Shown piece after piece: positions 39,034 through 53,291 of a stretch of DNA of 63,950 nt (positions within the stretch are counted from its first letter, which is position 1; each line of letters starts with the position of its first letter). The stretch lies in the NCBI RefSeq assembly GCF_001194135.2, contig NC_069001.1, positions 26,403,729 through 26,467,678 on the forward strand, given 5' to 3'. The notes under the pieces were generated by a model. It was given only the letters and a program-made list of their open reading frames with translations. It was not told where the DNA came from and made no database searches. A program made the translations under genes and the position numbers. The DNA is from Octopus bimaculoides (lineage: Eukaryota).

Positions 39034-39837
39034 GTAACGAGAACCAATTGATGTGTTTATGTGTACATATACCTGTATTGCAGTGTACTTGCCCTCTCAA
39101 TATCTTATTGTCCGTTTGTGTATATATATATATGTATATATACATACAGAGAGAGACACACACAGACACACACACACACACTCATGCGCAGGCACACATG
39201 CACACTCTCACACATATATATATATATACTCGTACTGAAATTCAAACGAAATCGATGTATTTATAAATAGTTAGTAGTTGGTGTATGGAGTTAGTTTTGT
39301 CTGCCTCTTTCAGTGGTAGGACAATCGAGTTGGTATTGGTAGAAATTCAGAACTCTTAGAGTCCTCTTTTCCTTCCATATCTATTTCAATGGTCATAGTT
39401 ATTTGATTCTTAAATAATTCGATGATAAGAGTATTTTGTTGTGAACAAGATGAAAGCTTATAGCAGCCATAGTACTTGTGTGCTATTGATTACTTAATTG
39501 AATGATTGAATTATCGATTCGTAGATATATTGATGATTAGCTATCTTTCTGAATTATCTTTCTCTGTGTCTCTCCCATGGACAATCGTGCACTGTATTTT
39601 ATTTTATTTTATTCTATTTTTGACGTAGATGAAAGGGGGGAACCCTCCTTAGAACCACACATACACATATGTGTATATATACGTATATGTATATGACTAT
39701 ATATATATATGACTATACACACACACTGATATAAGCGGGCACACATACACAAGACTCCTCACCTGTATCTATCTACACACATATGCATTAAAACTGATAG
39801 TGGACCAACGAAAGTTTCTGCAATGGAAATTGATTTT

Positions 39838-40010
39838 GTTGTTGCTCGCTTAGGGGCCCCATCTGGGAGGTGCAGCAGGAAATACAAACAGAACTGAACT
39901 CTAATTGAAAGCGTCCCAACCGTGACCTTTACATCTCTTTATATATCACAGACTACAATACCCAGTGTTTCCTCTCTTTCAAGACGCGGAATTTGTTTTT
40001 ATAGATATTT
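39838..40010 (-). repeat. Old repeat family D fragment
   Basis: GTTGTTGCT...CCAACCGTGACC...GACTACAATACCCAG...TTTCAAGACG, shared with the 25.9-kb and 0.3-kb fragments. Confidence 0.45.
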
Positions 40011-42404
40011 CGGTGTTTTCAAATTGTAATGGGATTTACGAAACTCTGCTTTTTTCCCCCTTATTCCACGTACCTGACCGACATCAGGATTCAACGCTGC
40101 TCTACAAGTCAATCAACGAACCATCGTTAATTTAATATCATTTGCATCGCCTTTTTTTGTGTTAGTCTTCGTCACTCGAACATACCTCTGTTATATTCCC
40201 ACATGCTATCATATCACAAATGTTATCGCGAGTCTGTCTGGTTTACGCCAATGTGACTATATCACGGACAAGTGTTTTCTAATCTATCAGAGATACACTT
40301 TTCCCCACAGAGAGAATTGATCTCTCTATTAGGAACCAATACACCTCCATTAATCATCCACTACTCTTGTTTGTCTCAGTAATTCATTCTACCTTGCAGG
40401 ACCTGCTGCATTACTTCGGTGTGTGTTAACCTATGTGACGTGTCTCATTAGTGTTACGTTGTGCATTTTTAGGACATCCGTGCTGGCAATTAGAATATTA
40501 TCCTTGCAATGCCATAATATAAGATACTTATCTATAAGCATTTCATTCAAATTATCATGCATATATATACATGTTAGTGACACTCCAATAGTAGAATAAT
40601 TAATGACTTACTATTTCGATGTGTCAGGCTAAAACGATCACCATTATTGGCGTAGGATGTTCTCGTGTGAAATCAAATGTACGCATTTATTATCAAGCTG
40701 TTCCTGACTTAATTATCTAGTACTGGACCGAATGGAACCTCCCGGTTTTTGAAACAGCAAAGTGTTAGTCGAAGGATTGGTCGTTTATCTTTGTAACAAT
40801 TCGAGCAACCAATTAGAGATGCCTTTGTTGTGAGCCCTTTATATCAACTATGGATAGATTATAACACCAATGATGATATAAGAATTGTTGATCTCTTTTA
40901 TTATTATTCAGTACGTTACATTCTCTTAAAAATAAATACTCTCCCAAATTAATCACAGCATGTGAGTGATGTACTATGCAGATTCTCAACGTACATGCAC
41001 AGTATCGTTGCCATCGAATTTCTGAAGGCGTACCCTGCTATCCATCAAAGTTTTATATAATATAACTTAAAAGAGATTGATATCAATAGCACAGCTGTCT
41101 GGAAAGTTCTTAATTTGATGACCTCTCATCCTTCTCCATCTCATGTTCTCTGTCTCTTTCGTTTGGCCGTTTCTTTTATCTTCCTTTCTTCGACGTCAAG
41201 TCATAGGTCTGTGTAACTGTCTCTTATTATGGCTTCATATTTGTGGTGGAGGGTAATAGTGAGTATAGAGTTTTATTCTTTGGTTGTCGCCTATCAGGAA
41301 GCGATTTTGACTCGATAAACGTCAAATTCATGCGCGTGAATAATATATGTAATACAAGAAACGGTCGGCATATGATTGCAATTCAGCACGCAAAGCAAGC
41401 ATAAACATATCAAATGTATTCATAGTTTCATGTATGAGATATGTGTATATATGAATTTTCGCTGTAGAGAATTATCTAATAGGCATATTAAAGTACAGGT
41501 CTAAGATCATAAAATATTATATTATAAACAGATCATATAAGATACATCACACAAACAAAAATTATGCTTTCTTTGCTTCTAGGCTCAAAGGTAATACATA
41601 TTTTAGTAGAATTTACAATTGATGTAGAGCCATATTCATGCCTTTTCTCTAAACTATTATCATTCACATTGCATAAAGTTTATCATCAGAATGGTCATAT
41701 ATCTGGGTGGAGGTGGGTGGATAGAAAAGATATCATTTTTGTTCTATTTATTATCGTTTATCCACCGATTAGTAGTCGTATTATCTGTAATGATGTAGTT
41801 GTGGGCTTAGAAATTTTTTTTATCTATTTATACAATTTTCCACTTTTAGCAATGATACGGCAAAACTATGATCAAAGATAATCTAACCGTGACCAACATC
41901 TTCATATTAGGTTTTCTGTCTAACTAGTACAAATTTGGTCAAATTACCTGTTATTAAAACAGAAAGGTGTTAAGTGGAAGTAATATTTCTGCTATTTCTA
42001 GCAGGGTTGGTCACACCAGAGCTGTTTCTTCATCGTAGTTAATGTACTTCTCATAAGAGATTAATGCTGTAGGAGAAACGAAGCCCTAGAGCAGTTATTG
42101 CTTCCTCTGACCTCACATCTTGATTGCATTATTCACAACACGCTCAGATAGCTAAAAATAAGAGCGAAATCTCCCACACGTCATACTATCTAGAAGGACA
42201 AATTTAACAATCATATGCAAAAATCAATAGAATGATAAAAGTTGGATCGGGACGCATAATTAGTCTGTTCGATATAGAATATCCCTTGTGCCTAAACATC
42301 GCCAACATTTTTAACCATCGGTTGCGGTCATCCACTTTATCATCGTCATTATCATCACCACCTTCATATCTGCCACGACCATCATCATAATAATTTATTC
42401 TACC

Positions 42405-42580
42405 ATAGCACACGGCCGAAATCAGGGGAAGGGGTCTAGTCGATTACATCGACGCCAGCAATTGACTGGTATTTATTTTAACAACCTCGGCGGGATTTAA
42501 ACTCAGAACCTAAAGAGAAATAAAATGCTGCTAAGCTTTTCGTTCCGATTTCATGCTAATGGTTCTACAAACTCGCCATC
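42405..42580 (-). mobile_element. SINE family B (internal deletion)
   Basis: TAGTCGATTACATCGACGCCAG...CCTCGGCGGGATTTAAACTCAGAAC. Confidence 0.8.
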
Positions 42581-44368
42581 TGAGAATTGGACAGCATTTT
42601 CAAAATGCGTTCATTCTTGTCGACCAAAATCATTCGCACAAAAGGACATCACCATAATGCTTTTGCTGCTGTTGCAGCTACAATTAATACTACTACTGCT
42701 GCCGCGGCTGCTACTGCTGTTGCTACTCGTTATACCACACACAAATTAATAAGCAAAATAGCAATAATGAGAATGCCATAAAACTTATCACTTATTATTC
42801 GCCCGAACTATATAAAGACGTATTCTTGTAAGAAGAAACGATAAATACTTAGATGCAAACGCACGTGCATACATACATACATACACACCTGTGAGTCCCT
42901 CTCTGAATATACATACATATATATATATATAATATGACAGTTTGTGTATAAAGCTTGAAACAACTGTACCGCGATATCCTTTGTGTTCTGTTTTCAATTT
43001 ACGTTCAATATATATATATATATATANNNNNNNNNNNNNNNNNNNNNNNNNNNNNNNNNNNNNNNNNNNNNNNNNNNNNNNNNNNNNNNNNNNNNNNNNN
43101 NNNNNNNNNNNNNNNNNNNNNNNNNNNNNNNNNNNNNNNNNNNNNNNNNNNNNNNNNNNNNNNNNNNNNNNNNNNNNNNNNNNNNNNNNNNNNNNNNNNN
43201 NNNNNNNNNNNNNNNNNNNNNNNNNNNNNNNNNNNNNNNNNNNNNNNNNNNNNNNNNNAGATAAACAGACATTTATATATAAATACTACCACTACTAGTT
43301 ATAGTAATGGTCGTTATCACCGTCGTTGTCATATTATTATTATTATTATTATTAGTAGTAGTAGTAAGTATATAAGAATTACAATACAGCAAAGTGAAAA
43401 ATATGTGTTTGAAAATTTTTGTTTTCCAGTCTGTGGTTGAAGGAAACCTATCAAAGTATAACCAAACGGGTGTTTTCAGACAACACCACCCTTATTTTCT
43501 CTTCTTACTTCAATCAGAAACTTGAGTAACTTCACACACGTTTTCTGTAAACATCTAAAAACTAAAATCTATATTTAGTTCGAAAGCACAAGCACCTGTC
43601 CCTTCTTAGACAACTGATACATTTAAGAAGACTACCCCTCCTACTTCCGCATTCACTTTTCCATTTATTTCCCCAGCCTTTAACATCTGCTTTTTATATA
43701 ACAAAAATACATGCTTTTATTATTATTATTACTATTATTGTCATTATTATTATTATTATTGTTATTTGTATGTTTTATTTTTATTATCTAACTTCTTTTC
43801 GTTTGAAGTAGGTTGGTTGATTTTTAGCAGATTTTGTCTCTTTACTTTCTGGTTCATCAATACACTTTTGAAATTTTTGTCCTGGATACGAGAATCGAAA
43901 AAAATATATCTAAAAACAAGAGGAAATCTTACATTTTTTTTTTTAAATAAAAAAAAAGTACGTGTACGAATATAAAGAAAAATAGGCAAAACTGAGCATT
44001 GCTAAATATAATGATACAAACAGAGCATACAATGAAACACACACACACATACTAAAAAAAAAAAACATGTTTAGAACAGAATGGAAGAAATAGTCTGCGA
44101 GTCTGCAAGGCGCGCAGACTTTGTTTAAAGCAGTATTTAAAATACACATTATGTATAGCACTTAAATTGAGTAGACGCTTCAGCTTAGCATAAACAAAGC
44201 ACCTAAACCGATATTTACGTACGGTTTTGGAAAGAATGTATGTGTAGTAGACTGTTAGGAGCGGGTTGATGGCGTCGTTGGCCCCTATGATTTCAAATAC
44301 CTAACTATCAGTATTTCTACACTACTCTTTCTTCTCTTCTCTCCCCACCTCTCTCTCAGTACGTGTAC

Positions 44369-44411
<43 letters not shown>

Positions 44412-44504
44412 CTTATTTGCAATAATTAGAGATGTGATTAATAAACTTCCCTCAAAAAGATAGAGAAACAACCATTCGATCTACCAGTAATCTCCTTTCT
44501 ATCA

Positions 44505-44615
44505 TAGGTACACAGCGTGAAATTTTGGAAGTCGTAGTAGTCAATTTCCTCGACTCCTGTACTTTTATCGATCTCGGATTGATCGCTGGAAAAGTCGACC
44601 TCGTCGGAATGTATA
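44505..44615 (-). mobile_element. SINE family B fragment (diverged)
   Basis: TACTTTTATCGATCTCGG...AAAGTCGACCTCGTCGGAAT. Confidence 0.7.
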
Positions 44616-46755
44616 AAGAGGGACCATATGACTCTAACCATATTGCTATTAATAAGGACCAAATTATTTATATTGGGCAATAAATTATCTTACAAGCGGA
44701 CGAATAACGTAAAGACTGTATTTTTGACAAAGATGAGATGACCACGGCTCAAGAATCTTAGATCATGTGTTTACTTCTACACCAGTGTTCACTTTCATAC
44801 CTGTATTTATCGCTGCCAGTAAGACAGCTGAGGACACAGACAAGTCCATATTGATGATAAGAGACAAACCGCCAATCATTTCACTAGGTTACCGATACCC
44901 ATTTAGACCGGCAATACATGCCCTTTGGCAAAACTCTGTAACCGTTCATATGACAGGAACCTGCAATCCATTGACTCGCTCACTAATACTTAATTGATCC
45001 AAGCTTTCTGAACGAGTTTTCTTTCAAATAACTTTGGAAGATTATTTTTCCTTACGGCGATTTTCTCAATCTATTGAACAGTGACAATAATCCCAGCCTA
45101 TTAACTTCGTATTTTGATTCAATACGAGACATCTTTGTGACAATCCAAATTGATTTCGACATCAAAATTGAGGGTAAAATCGTGAGTAAAGAGCTAGTCA
45201 ATACTTAAATGCCGTTTCATATTCCAGCTTTAATAAAAAGTTAATCTTCACCAATTGATTCTTATCATCGAAATATGCTGTACAAGCCATCAATGAATTC
45301 TAAGCTAAATCTGAAGTGACAACGAGGTAGACTATATAGTCGTTTCACCAGCTAGAAAACGTAACTAAATCACTTTCATGTTAGGTTCGACGTCTACAAA
45401 AATAAATGTCGCTATGAATAATATAGTCCGAGACGTATATATTTTTTTAAAGAAAAAAATAAGAAATGGTATGCGTGCAGCTAGAACGCTTTATATCATT
45501 AGTCAGCCTGCTCTCTCAGGGATGACCTAACGGCAAACAAGCATAACAACATGTTAAATATCAAAGGGAGAATTTGCTCTTTTAAGCCTTCGCCTACATT
45601 TAATAACCGCAACAGATAATTTCTTTTTTTTTCTTTTCCTATGTAATATATAAAATATGTGTTATCAGCATAGCAAAGATATCATACTGATATCGGTATA
45701 TATATAAACTGTGATTTTCTTAATATATTTATTTTGCTTATAGTTTCTCCTAAGTTGATTCATTTAAATTCTATAAAGCAAACATATACGATAACGCTAG
45801 TTTCTGTAACTCAATTTTTTTGTAATTCATTGTGAGGCTTATCTTTTCCTTTTTTAAATATGAGAAGTTTTGTAACATGACTAGATTATATAGATTTATA
45901 AAAAAAAAAAAAAGAAAACATTTATTTTACTCTGTCAAAAACTTTCCGGTGTATAGTTTGTAGGCTCAACTAACGGATCCGCAATCATACATAAAACATA
46001 TTATTATTATTATTATTATATGCAATAAAGAAATTGGGGAAATATAAGAAAAACTGTATATATTCTCTACTTTGGAAATTTTATTGATTATAAGCTTTCC
46101 GATGTGGGAATTGTACACATACACATATATCTCGCCGTGTATATGTGTGTGTACGTTCGAGCGCGCGTGTGTATGTATGTGTTTGTGTGTGTGTGTGCCC
46201 GCGCCTGCGTTTGTATACATTTTGCAATCATAAACACATACATAGAAAACAAGCGATACAACGCATCCTTTTATCCCCAAGAGTTACAAATGCACAACTT
46301 TCATATTGGAGGCATCGAATAGCCAAACAAAATATCAAAGATTATTATTATAAATATATTAGTAGATTCTATTCCATCAACGAATTATAGAACTAATCAA
46401 TATACAGAATAAGACAAACACAGGTCAACAACGTGTATTATTTCAAAGCAAGCCACGGAACACTGTAGAACTGAAATGTAGAAAATATATTTAAGATTAC
46501 CCGCGTTAACATTCACGTTGCATATATAAACTGTACTACAAGCTCGCATACTTAGTCACTGTGGAATAAGAGATAGTATAGAAAATCTCATAGAATAAGA
46601 AACAATACGTATAAATTCAAATGATAACTTACATGACTAACCTACTAAAATCAAAATCTCTTCATCAGCAAATATCCCACTGTCACCGAAATCCTTGAAC
46701 AGGATACGACTAATCAAAGCGATTCATAAATTCCAGTACACACGAGAACGTATTA

Positions 46756-47485
46756 GGGATCTTTTTTAAAACGGGGGCCACATTTTTCATTAACGAAACA
46801 CTTTGAAATTTGGAACACTGGTAGAATGTGTCATATAAAACATCTTTTTTTTCTTTGTCTTCTGAAAAAAAAAAAGAAATCCATAAGTTATTCCATGTGA
46901 AAGTTGTCGTATTTCTGTAAATTCAACCAATCACTGACGTCCATTCAGCCGATATACATTAAGTGCCGACTACATAAACAAACGATTCGGAAACAATTAA
47001 CCCTAACCCTAACCCTACGGTTAGGGTTAAAGCAAATTNNNNNNNNNNNNNNNNNNNNNNNNNNNNNNNNNNNNNNNNNNNNNNNNNNNNNNNNNNNNNN
47101 NNNNNNNNNNNNNNNNNNNNNNNNNNNNNNNNNNNNNNNNNNNNNNNNNNNNNNNNNNNNNNNNNNNNNNNNNNNNNNNNNNNNNNNNNNNNNNNNNNNN
47201 NNNNNNNNNNNNNNNNNNNNNNNNNNNNNNNNGTATCGAGATTAAATACGCTTTACATCGCTTAATCAGCCAAAGGAGTAAATGTAAACAACTGAATACT
47301 TGTCAGTGATTGGTTGAAATTATCGAAATAAGACAATTTTTTACATGAAATAAATTCGAATACAAAAATGTTTCTGTTCTATAACACAAAATAGATAAGT
47401 ATACGAAGTTTGAAAGTCTTTCCGTACCAAAAACACTACGTAAAACATTAATGAAAAATGTGGCCCCCGTTTTAAAATAGATCCC
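46756..47485. mobile_element. Non-autonomous DNA transposon with 38-bp GG(G)ATC TIRs; contains an assembly gap
   Basis: TIRs at 46756-46793 and 47448-47485 match 37/38. Flanking direct repeat is GTATTA (6 bp) or CGTATTAG (8 bp). Internal 17-bp inverted repeat at 46922-46938 / 47302-47318. Confidence 0.92.
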
Positions 47486-48164
47486 GTATTAGACTTATTG
47501 CCTTTAGTTGTTGCATTGTCCATGTAACTAAGGTATTCTTCTGCAAGCAAGCCATGCACTTAATGAAAAGTAATAATGGAAATGCGCTCTATCAGACATG
47601 ACAAAACAAGACACGTTAGGAAACTGTTAGTCTCGCACGACATCTATACGCGAGAGAATTCCTCGGGAAAGTAGGCATCTAATAATCATAGCACAACTCA
47701 CCGCTAAATGAAGCAGAACGACAACTTATATGAGTCACAATCTAAAATAAACACCTGATCAATGAAGTAATAAATACTAAATATAAACCTTTATATTCTG
47801 GCGTTAATACAAAAATCAGTTACATTGGTTGTGTCCACAATTGGAGCAGCAACCCACGCCAACCTCACTTTACTCCGATGATGATGTTGTGTAGGTCTAA
47901 AGGGAGTTAGTGTGATTTGAAATTTTACTGCTTTAAATGCAAGAATCACATTCGAAAATATGAAAAATAAAAATACTGGTCAAAAACGACGTCCGTATAA
48001 CACGAATATAGTTACACCAATATATATTTGAACTTTCGACGTTCTGTGTTAAAAACTCGAAGCGGTCAGCTTTCTTTGTTATCCATTTGGGAACGAAAGT
48101 GGAAGGTACCAACAGGCGTCGATAGAATGGTGAAACTTTTGGGGGACCGAACGAGATATATTCT

Positions 48165-48363
48165 TTTCTACTCCAGACACAAGGCCCACAATTTTGGTGG
48201 AGGGGGCCAGTCGATTAGATCGACACCAGTACGATTAGATCGACCCCGAAAGAATGAAAGGCAAAGTGGTCCTCGGTGGAATTTAAACTCAGAACTTAAA
48301 GACAGAAGAAAAACCGCTAAGCATTTCGCCCGGCGTGCTGACGTTTCTGTCAGCTCGCCGCCG
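48165..48363 (-). mobile_element. SINE family B, near full length
   Basis: Minus head GGCGGCGAGCTGACAGAAACGTCAGCACGCCGGGCGAAATGCTTAGCGG...GAGTTTAAATTCC. Confidence 0.92.
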
Positions 48364-48424
48364 TTAGAACGAGATATTGTGATCCATTTCATAATACTTA
48401 TCAATGCACCGTTCTCCCCATTAG

Positions 48425-48467
48425 ATAAAGACCCTGGCTTGGAGAATCAGGACATGCATGGGGAACA
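48425..48467 (+). CDS. Candidate 43-nt exon (KDPGLENQDMHGE)
   Basis: ccgttctccccattag|ATAAAG...GAACA|gtaagt; no homology recognised. Confidence 0.25.
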
Positions 48468-50343
48468 GTAAGTCTTCTTCAAAAACATCTTGCTCTTGCC
48501 TGCCAATTGATGCGCACTTGAATGGCAAATCTCAACCGGTAGGTACTCCTCTGTATACATACATATAAATATATACATACATAAATACACACCTACATGT
48601 GTGTGGGTGCATGTGAATCTGCATGCGTGTATGTACGTACATATATATATAACTTACTTCCGTATTTGCACTTCATGAACAGAAATAGAGCGGTAGAAAT
48701 TATATGTAAGTATAAAAGTAGATTTCATATCTATTTATGTAATCTCTAAAGTTCACAAATATATTTTACGTATACGTTTGCTAAGCTATAAAAGATCGTA
48801 AATGGTAGAATAGACACTTGCAAAATCTACATATACACACGATCTTATTAATATAATCCAACATCCATTCAAACATTACTTGTATACTCACAAAATCCCA
48901 CTCACACACCCATATGCACGTGTTGACAGTTTATACACCTAGATATCGTATACAATGAAATATTCGCACGTTCAGATTACAGCAGAATTATATATTTCAT
49001 ATAAGTTTGTAAGTGAACATTTAATCTAATAAGTACATACCATTAAATTGAATTAGGAGAGCTTATTTGAGAACGCATAACTGAGATAACCTAGCTGCTA
49101 ATGTTTGTAATTTTTTCATTGCGTTGAGTTCTTCAAGTCATACGCACAGTCTTCGTTAAGATTAGGGGCTTTTCACTAAATATATCTGCTATGAATAAAA
49201 AATGTACGTTACTTTACAAAACTGGATTTTTTTTTTTTGTTTGATTCTTTACAACGCCATTAGAAATATACTGGTAGGCTTATCTTTTTTTTTTTCTGTT
49301 AGATATCTCTACTGAATAAATTTTTCTGTCACTTTTCCTCTTAAGTGATGTATGTGGAAATCAAACTTTAAGATATGAATTTTATATAAATTGCATTAGA
49401 AGAGAGAAATAGCCTGCTGCCGTTAAACTACAAATGCACATCAGAAAAAAACAAAAATCATTCGATTCATTTATTGAACATATCAACAATATTTTGCCTA
49501 CATCACAACCTGTATGACTATGAAATAAAGGCAGTGTAATTACATCATTATTATGTTTGTATACAGGGAAAACTACCTGTTTAAATCGTTGGCTTTAAAA
49601 TTGTTACCAATATGATTATGTAACCGGTATGATTTCTCTCCATGACGTTTCGGTCAAGTGTCATTCGTAACAGATGCGAGTCGATCCAGTCATTGCGAGT
49701 AAGACTTGTCATTGGTCACACTCTGACTCATGTGGTTTCGGCCTTACAATTACTTTGGAGATACGCGTGTCTTTAAAACAAATTCTGCCAGATAGAAATT
49801 AATTTAACGAATCGATATTCAGATGATTGAACCACTGAATGATTATCGAGAATCGATCTATTATGTCTGAAAACGAAAATAAAAACTGGTAACAAATGTA
49901 TCTCCTGTGTTGATAAACGAGCTCACTCAAGCACGATATGGCGGCCAAAAACAATAAAACTATCTCCAAAGAAATACAGATCCTCGTCTATAGAAACTTG
50001 AACGAGCTCGAAATTTCAGTCAGATCATCCTCACATCCGCAATATGTGTTTATAAAAAGGAAGGCTATATTAGATATTGTGGTCCTAAATGAAGTGGAGG
50101 AAAACACAAGGACATGATCATACGTGATATCATTTGGTCACTGTTCTGCGGGACCAGACGGATATGTGGTTAGATAAAAGGATCTGGGGTCTCTCTTTTT
50201 TATAAGACTTGCTCCGCGTTTTTATGATTCCGGGTTTAATCTCACCGAACAGGACTTTGTCCTAACACAACTTAATCTCGTGTGATACATACCTTTAGGA
50301 ATTAAATTTGTTAGACTGCAAATGTTTACAAGCACTATACACG

Positions 50344-50415
<72 letters not shown>

Positions 50416-51061
50416 GTATGTATGCACATGTATATAGATAGACAGTTAGATATATAGGTGGATAGACAGATACATACGCAGACAGACATTCACAAAACAC
50501 AAACGTATATTTACATAAATGTATATATTCATGTACGTATGTACGTGTGTCTTAACTAAATCTTGCCTGGTTCAAGATTCCTACCGGAACCAACGCAATC
50601 TTCAGATGATATATGAAAAATCAACAAAGAAAAGTTTCCACTGCAAACATTTTTTTTACGCTAACACTCAGTGGAGCGGGCCGTTGGATATAAAGAGAAT
50701 TAGCAAGAAAAAAAAACTCCATATTAACGATATACACACATATAAGAACACATAAGTATATAACTACCCAGAAATAACGAGACCTAGAGAGAGAGTGTGT
50801 GGGGTGAAGACGATGGTTGAGAAAAAAGATTGGGAATTGATTTAATATAAAATAAATAATGTGTATAGGCAATGAAAAGAAAATCAGACTTCCAGAAGAT
50901 ACAATTACAAAAGATAATATAAAAATTCGATTGCATAAGACATGTCTGCGAAAATGCTTCGAAAATATTATCAAATAAGACAATGTTTTTCTTTTATTAC
51001 GTATATGTGAAGCCAGTGTAAAAAAATATTATCAAAGCGATTTTAATAATAATAATCCTTT

Positions 51062-51255
51062 CTAACACAGGCACAAGGCCTGAAATTTGGGGAAAGGGTA
51101 TTGTCGATTACATCGATCCCAGTACTCAACTGGTACTTAATTTATCAACCCCGAAAGGATAAAGTCGACCTCGGCGGAATTTGAACTTAAGACGGACGAA
51201 ATAACGCTAAGCATTTTGCCCGGCGTGCTAACGATTCTGCCAGGTCTACGCCTTT
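51062..51255 (-). mobile_element. SINE family B, near full length
   Basis: GGCACAAGGCCTGAAATTTGGGG...GTCGACCTCGGCGGAATTTGAAC...GCCCGGCGTGCTAACGATTCTGCCAG. Confidence 0.93.
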
Positions 51256-51269
51256 CTAATAATAATGAT

Positions 51270-51727
51270 GCAGTACCAAGCAGTGGCTCTCCTGGATTTT
51301 GATCTTAACTGATTTGAAGTCTTATCATGTATATATGTTGTCCTTTAGTGACTGACAATATGTGCATCTCTGATCAAGAGCAGAATTAGTGGGGAAGCAT
51401 CATATCCATGCATTGAGAAGAATTCCTTGGAGTTTGAATAATTCATCTCTGGAAACATGTGTGCTTCGTTCATCATCTTTAAACAACCCTTATTCAAGGG
51501 CCATTTTGAGCAGGATGTGCTACTCGACCCGAATAAAGCTCTCACAGGGTCTCACCTGCAAGGTCATGAACTGTTTATCTTGATATGAGATCACCATGTC
51601 GCGCACATATATCTATAATCCATATACTTCGTGTAGCCGTATCAGATGGGTTGTCGTGGTCGGTATAATGGGCTTGGTATATTTGTACCCCAGCGTCACT
51701 TAGATGGCATGCTCTGCACTTTCACTC

Positions 51728-51762
<35 letters not shown>
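51270..51762 (+). mobile_element. 5'-truncated non-LTR retroelement 3' end (family C) with (AAT)n tail
   Basis: CTGCAAGGTCATG..TGTTTATCTTG...TACCCCAG...CTCAATAATAAT; second copy at 56.3 kb. Confidence 0.75.
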
Positions 51763-51763
<1 letters not shown>

Positions 51764-51769
51764 TTTTTC

Positions 51770-51826
51770 TAATATAGCCACAAGGCCTGAAATCTAGTGG
51801 AGGGGATTAGTCGATTACATCGACCA
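51770..51826 (-). mobile_element. SINE family B 3' fragment
   Basis: CACAAGGCCTGAAATCTAGTGGAGGGGATTAGTCGATTACATCGACC. Confidence 0.8.
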
Positions 51827-52218
51827 CCCAAAACACACATGGTCGGGTGTGTGAATATGACTTTGCTAAAACTTTGAAGTCAGTGAAATGAGTTTCAATC
51901 TGACATATCTACACGCACCATNNNNNNNNNNNNNNNNNNNNNNNNNNNNNNNNNNNNNNNNNNNNNNNNNNNNNNNNNNNNNNNNNNNNNNNNNNNNNNN
52001 NNNNNNNNNNNNNNNNNNNNNNNNNNNNNNNNNNNNNNNNNNNNNNNNNNNNNNNNNNNNNNNNNNNNNNNNNNNNNNNNNNNNNNNNNNNNNNNNNNNN
52101 NNNNNNNNNNNNNNNNNNNNNNNNNNNNNNNNNNNNNNNNNNNNNNNNNNNNNNNNNNNNNNNNNNNNNNNNNNNNNNNNNNNNNNNNNNNNNNNNNNNN
52201 NNNNNNNNNNNNNNNTAT

Positions 52219-52254
<36 letters not shown>

Positions 52255-52299
52255 GATGTGCTTCAAAGAGTTCTACCACACTTAGTGTTGCTTTAACCA

Positions 52300-53250
52300 C
52301 ATGAACTTATCTGCACCTATTTCATTCGGTTCATCTCTTTCCCCGTGCTCGTTAATTGTCCCTTGCTCCTTTTACTTGTATTTTCCTTTTATACCATCTC
52401 GTATCTTCACTTTCTTTCTCTTTACTATCCTCTCTGAAATGCTATTTCACCTACTTCTTTCATATAGTCCTTTTTATCTTAGCTTTTTATTTTTTCCTTG
52501 TTACTGAAATTGTTTTCTATCTTCAAATATCGTTCTACATCTCATCCCTCTTCACCACGATCCTCTTTCTTTCTAAACCTGTTCCATATTTGCCTGCTCT
52601 TTTAATCCCTGCGTCATTTCACCTCTTGTATTTCTACTTCACTAATCAAGTTTTTTCTTTCAAAATATATTTCTTGGACATATTCTTCTTATTCATTCAC
52701 ACATTTTTATACTTAAAAAAAAAAATTAATTCTTATTTCCAATCTCCTCCTCTCTTCCTTCTTGATTCTATTCATCAACGTCTCTGTTTGTGCAATAGTA
52801 TGCCTTTTCCATACCCCAAATCCCCATTCTTCTATTATCTATTCTGCAATCATTCCCTTTTCATCTACCGATATCTATTCTCTCTCCTTTTCTTTCCCAC
52901 ACGCTACACTTCAATATTTTCATCCTTTCTTCTTTCATTCCTTCTCATCTCTCTTCTCTTGTCTTGTATTCTCTCTTACTATAATCCAAATCATTTTCCT
53001 TCTACTAACGTTCATCTTTCCTTCACATACAACGCTTCACTTTCCCCACCACAAAGCTTTTATTTTCTACCCAGCACTGTTAGAATCTACTCCCACATCC
53101 AAAATTATCTTCGCCTCTTTTTCTTACAGACATCCGATGTAAGAATTCTCTTTATTCCCCTCTCTCTCTGTATATCTTTAGTCTTGCATTTCATTCTTCT
53201 TATCAATTTCTTTCAGTGCTTCTTTCCTTTCTTTTTGCCCAATTGTTTTC
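52300..53250. other. About 1-kb strand-asymmetric pyrimidine-rich tract
   Basis: Plus strand is strongly C/T-rich, non-tandem and G-poor. Confidence 0.7.
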
Positions 53251-53268
53251 ATCAATACGGTAGACTAG

Positions 53269-53291
53269 GCTTGATGAATTGTTTCATCAGC
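53269..53291 (+). CDS. Candidate 23-nt micro-exon (LDELFHQ)
   Basis: actag|GCTTGATGAATTGTTTCATCAGC|gtaagt; the acceptor is ambiguous (another AG 5 nt upstream). Confidence 0.15.

Noticed and set aside
44438-44680. 80-aa acidic minus-strand ORF resembling an exon
   Set aside because: Its core is a diverged SINE B fragment.
46997-47030. Telomeric repeats as a chromosome end or fusion site
   Set aside because: Only about 3+1 units, and they lie inside a TIR element.
48028-48471. 147-aa ORF
   Set aside because: Mostly read through a SINE B copy; only its last 43 nt were kept as an exon candidate.
49636-49686. Minus-strand GAAACGUC with a bulged 6-bp stem I
   Set aside because: The core reads CUGUUACGA and stem II cannot pair.
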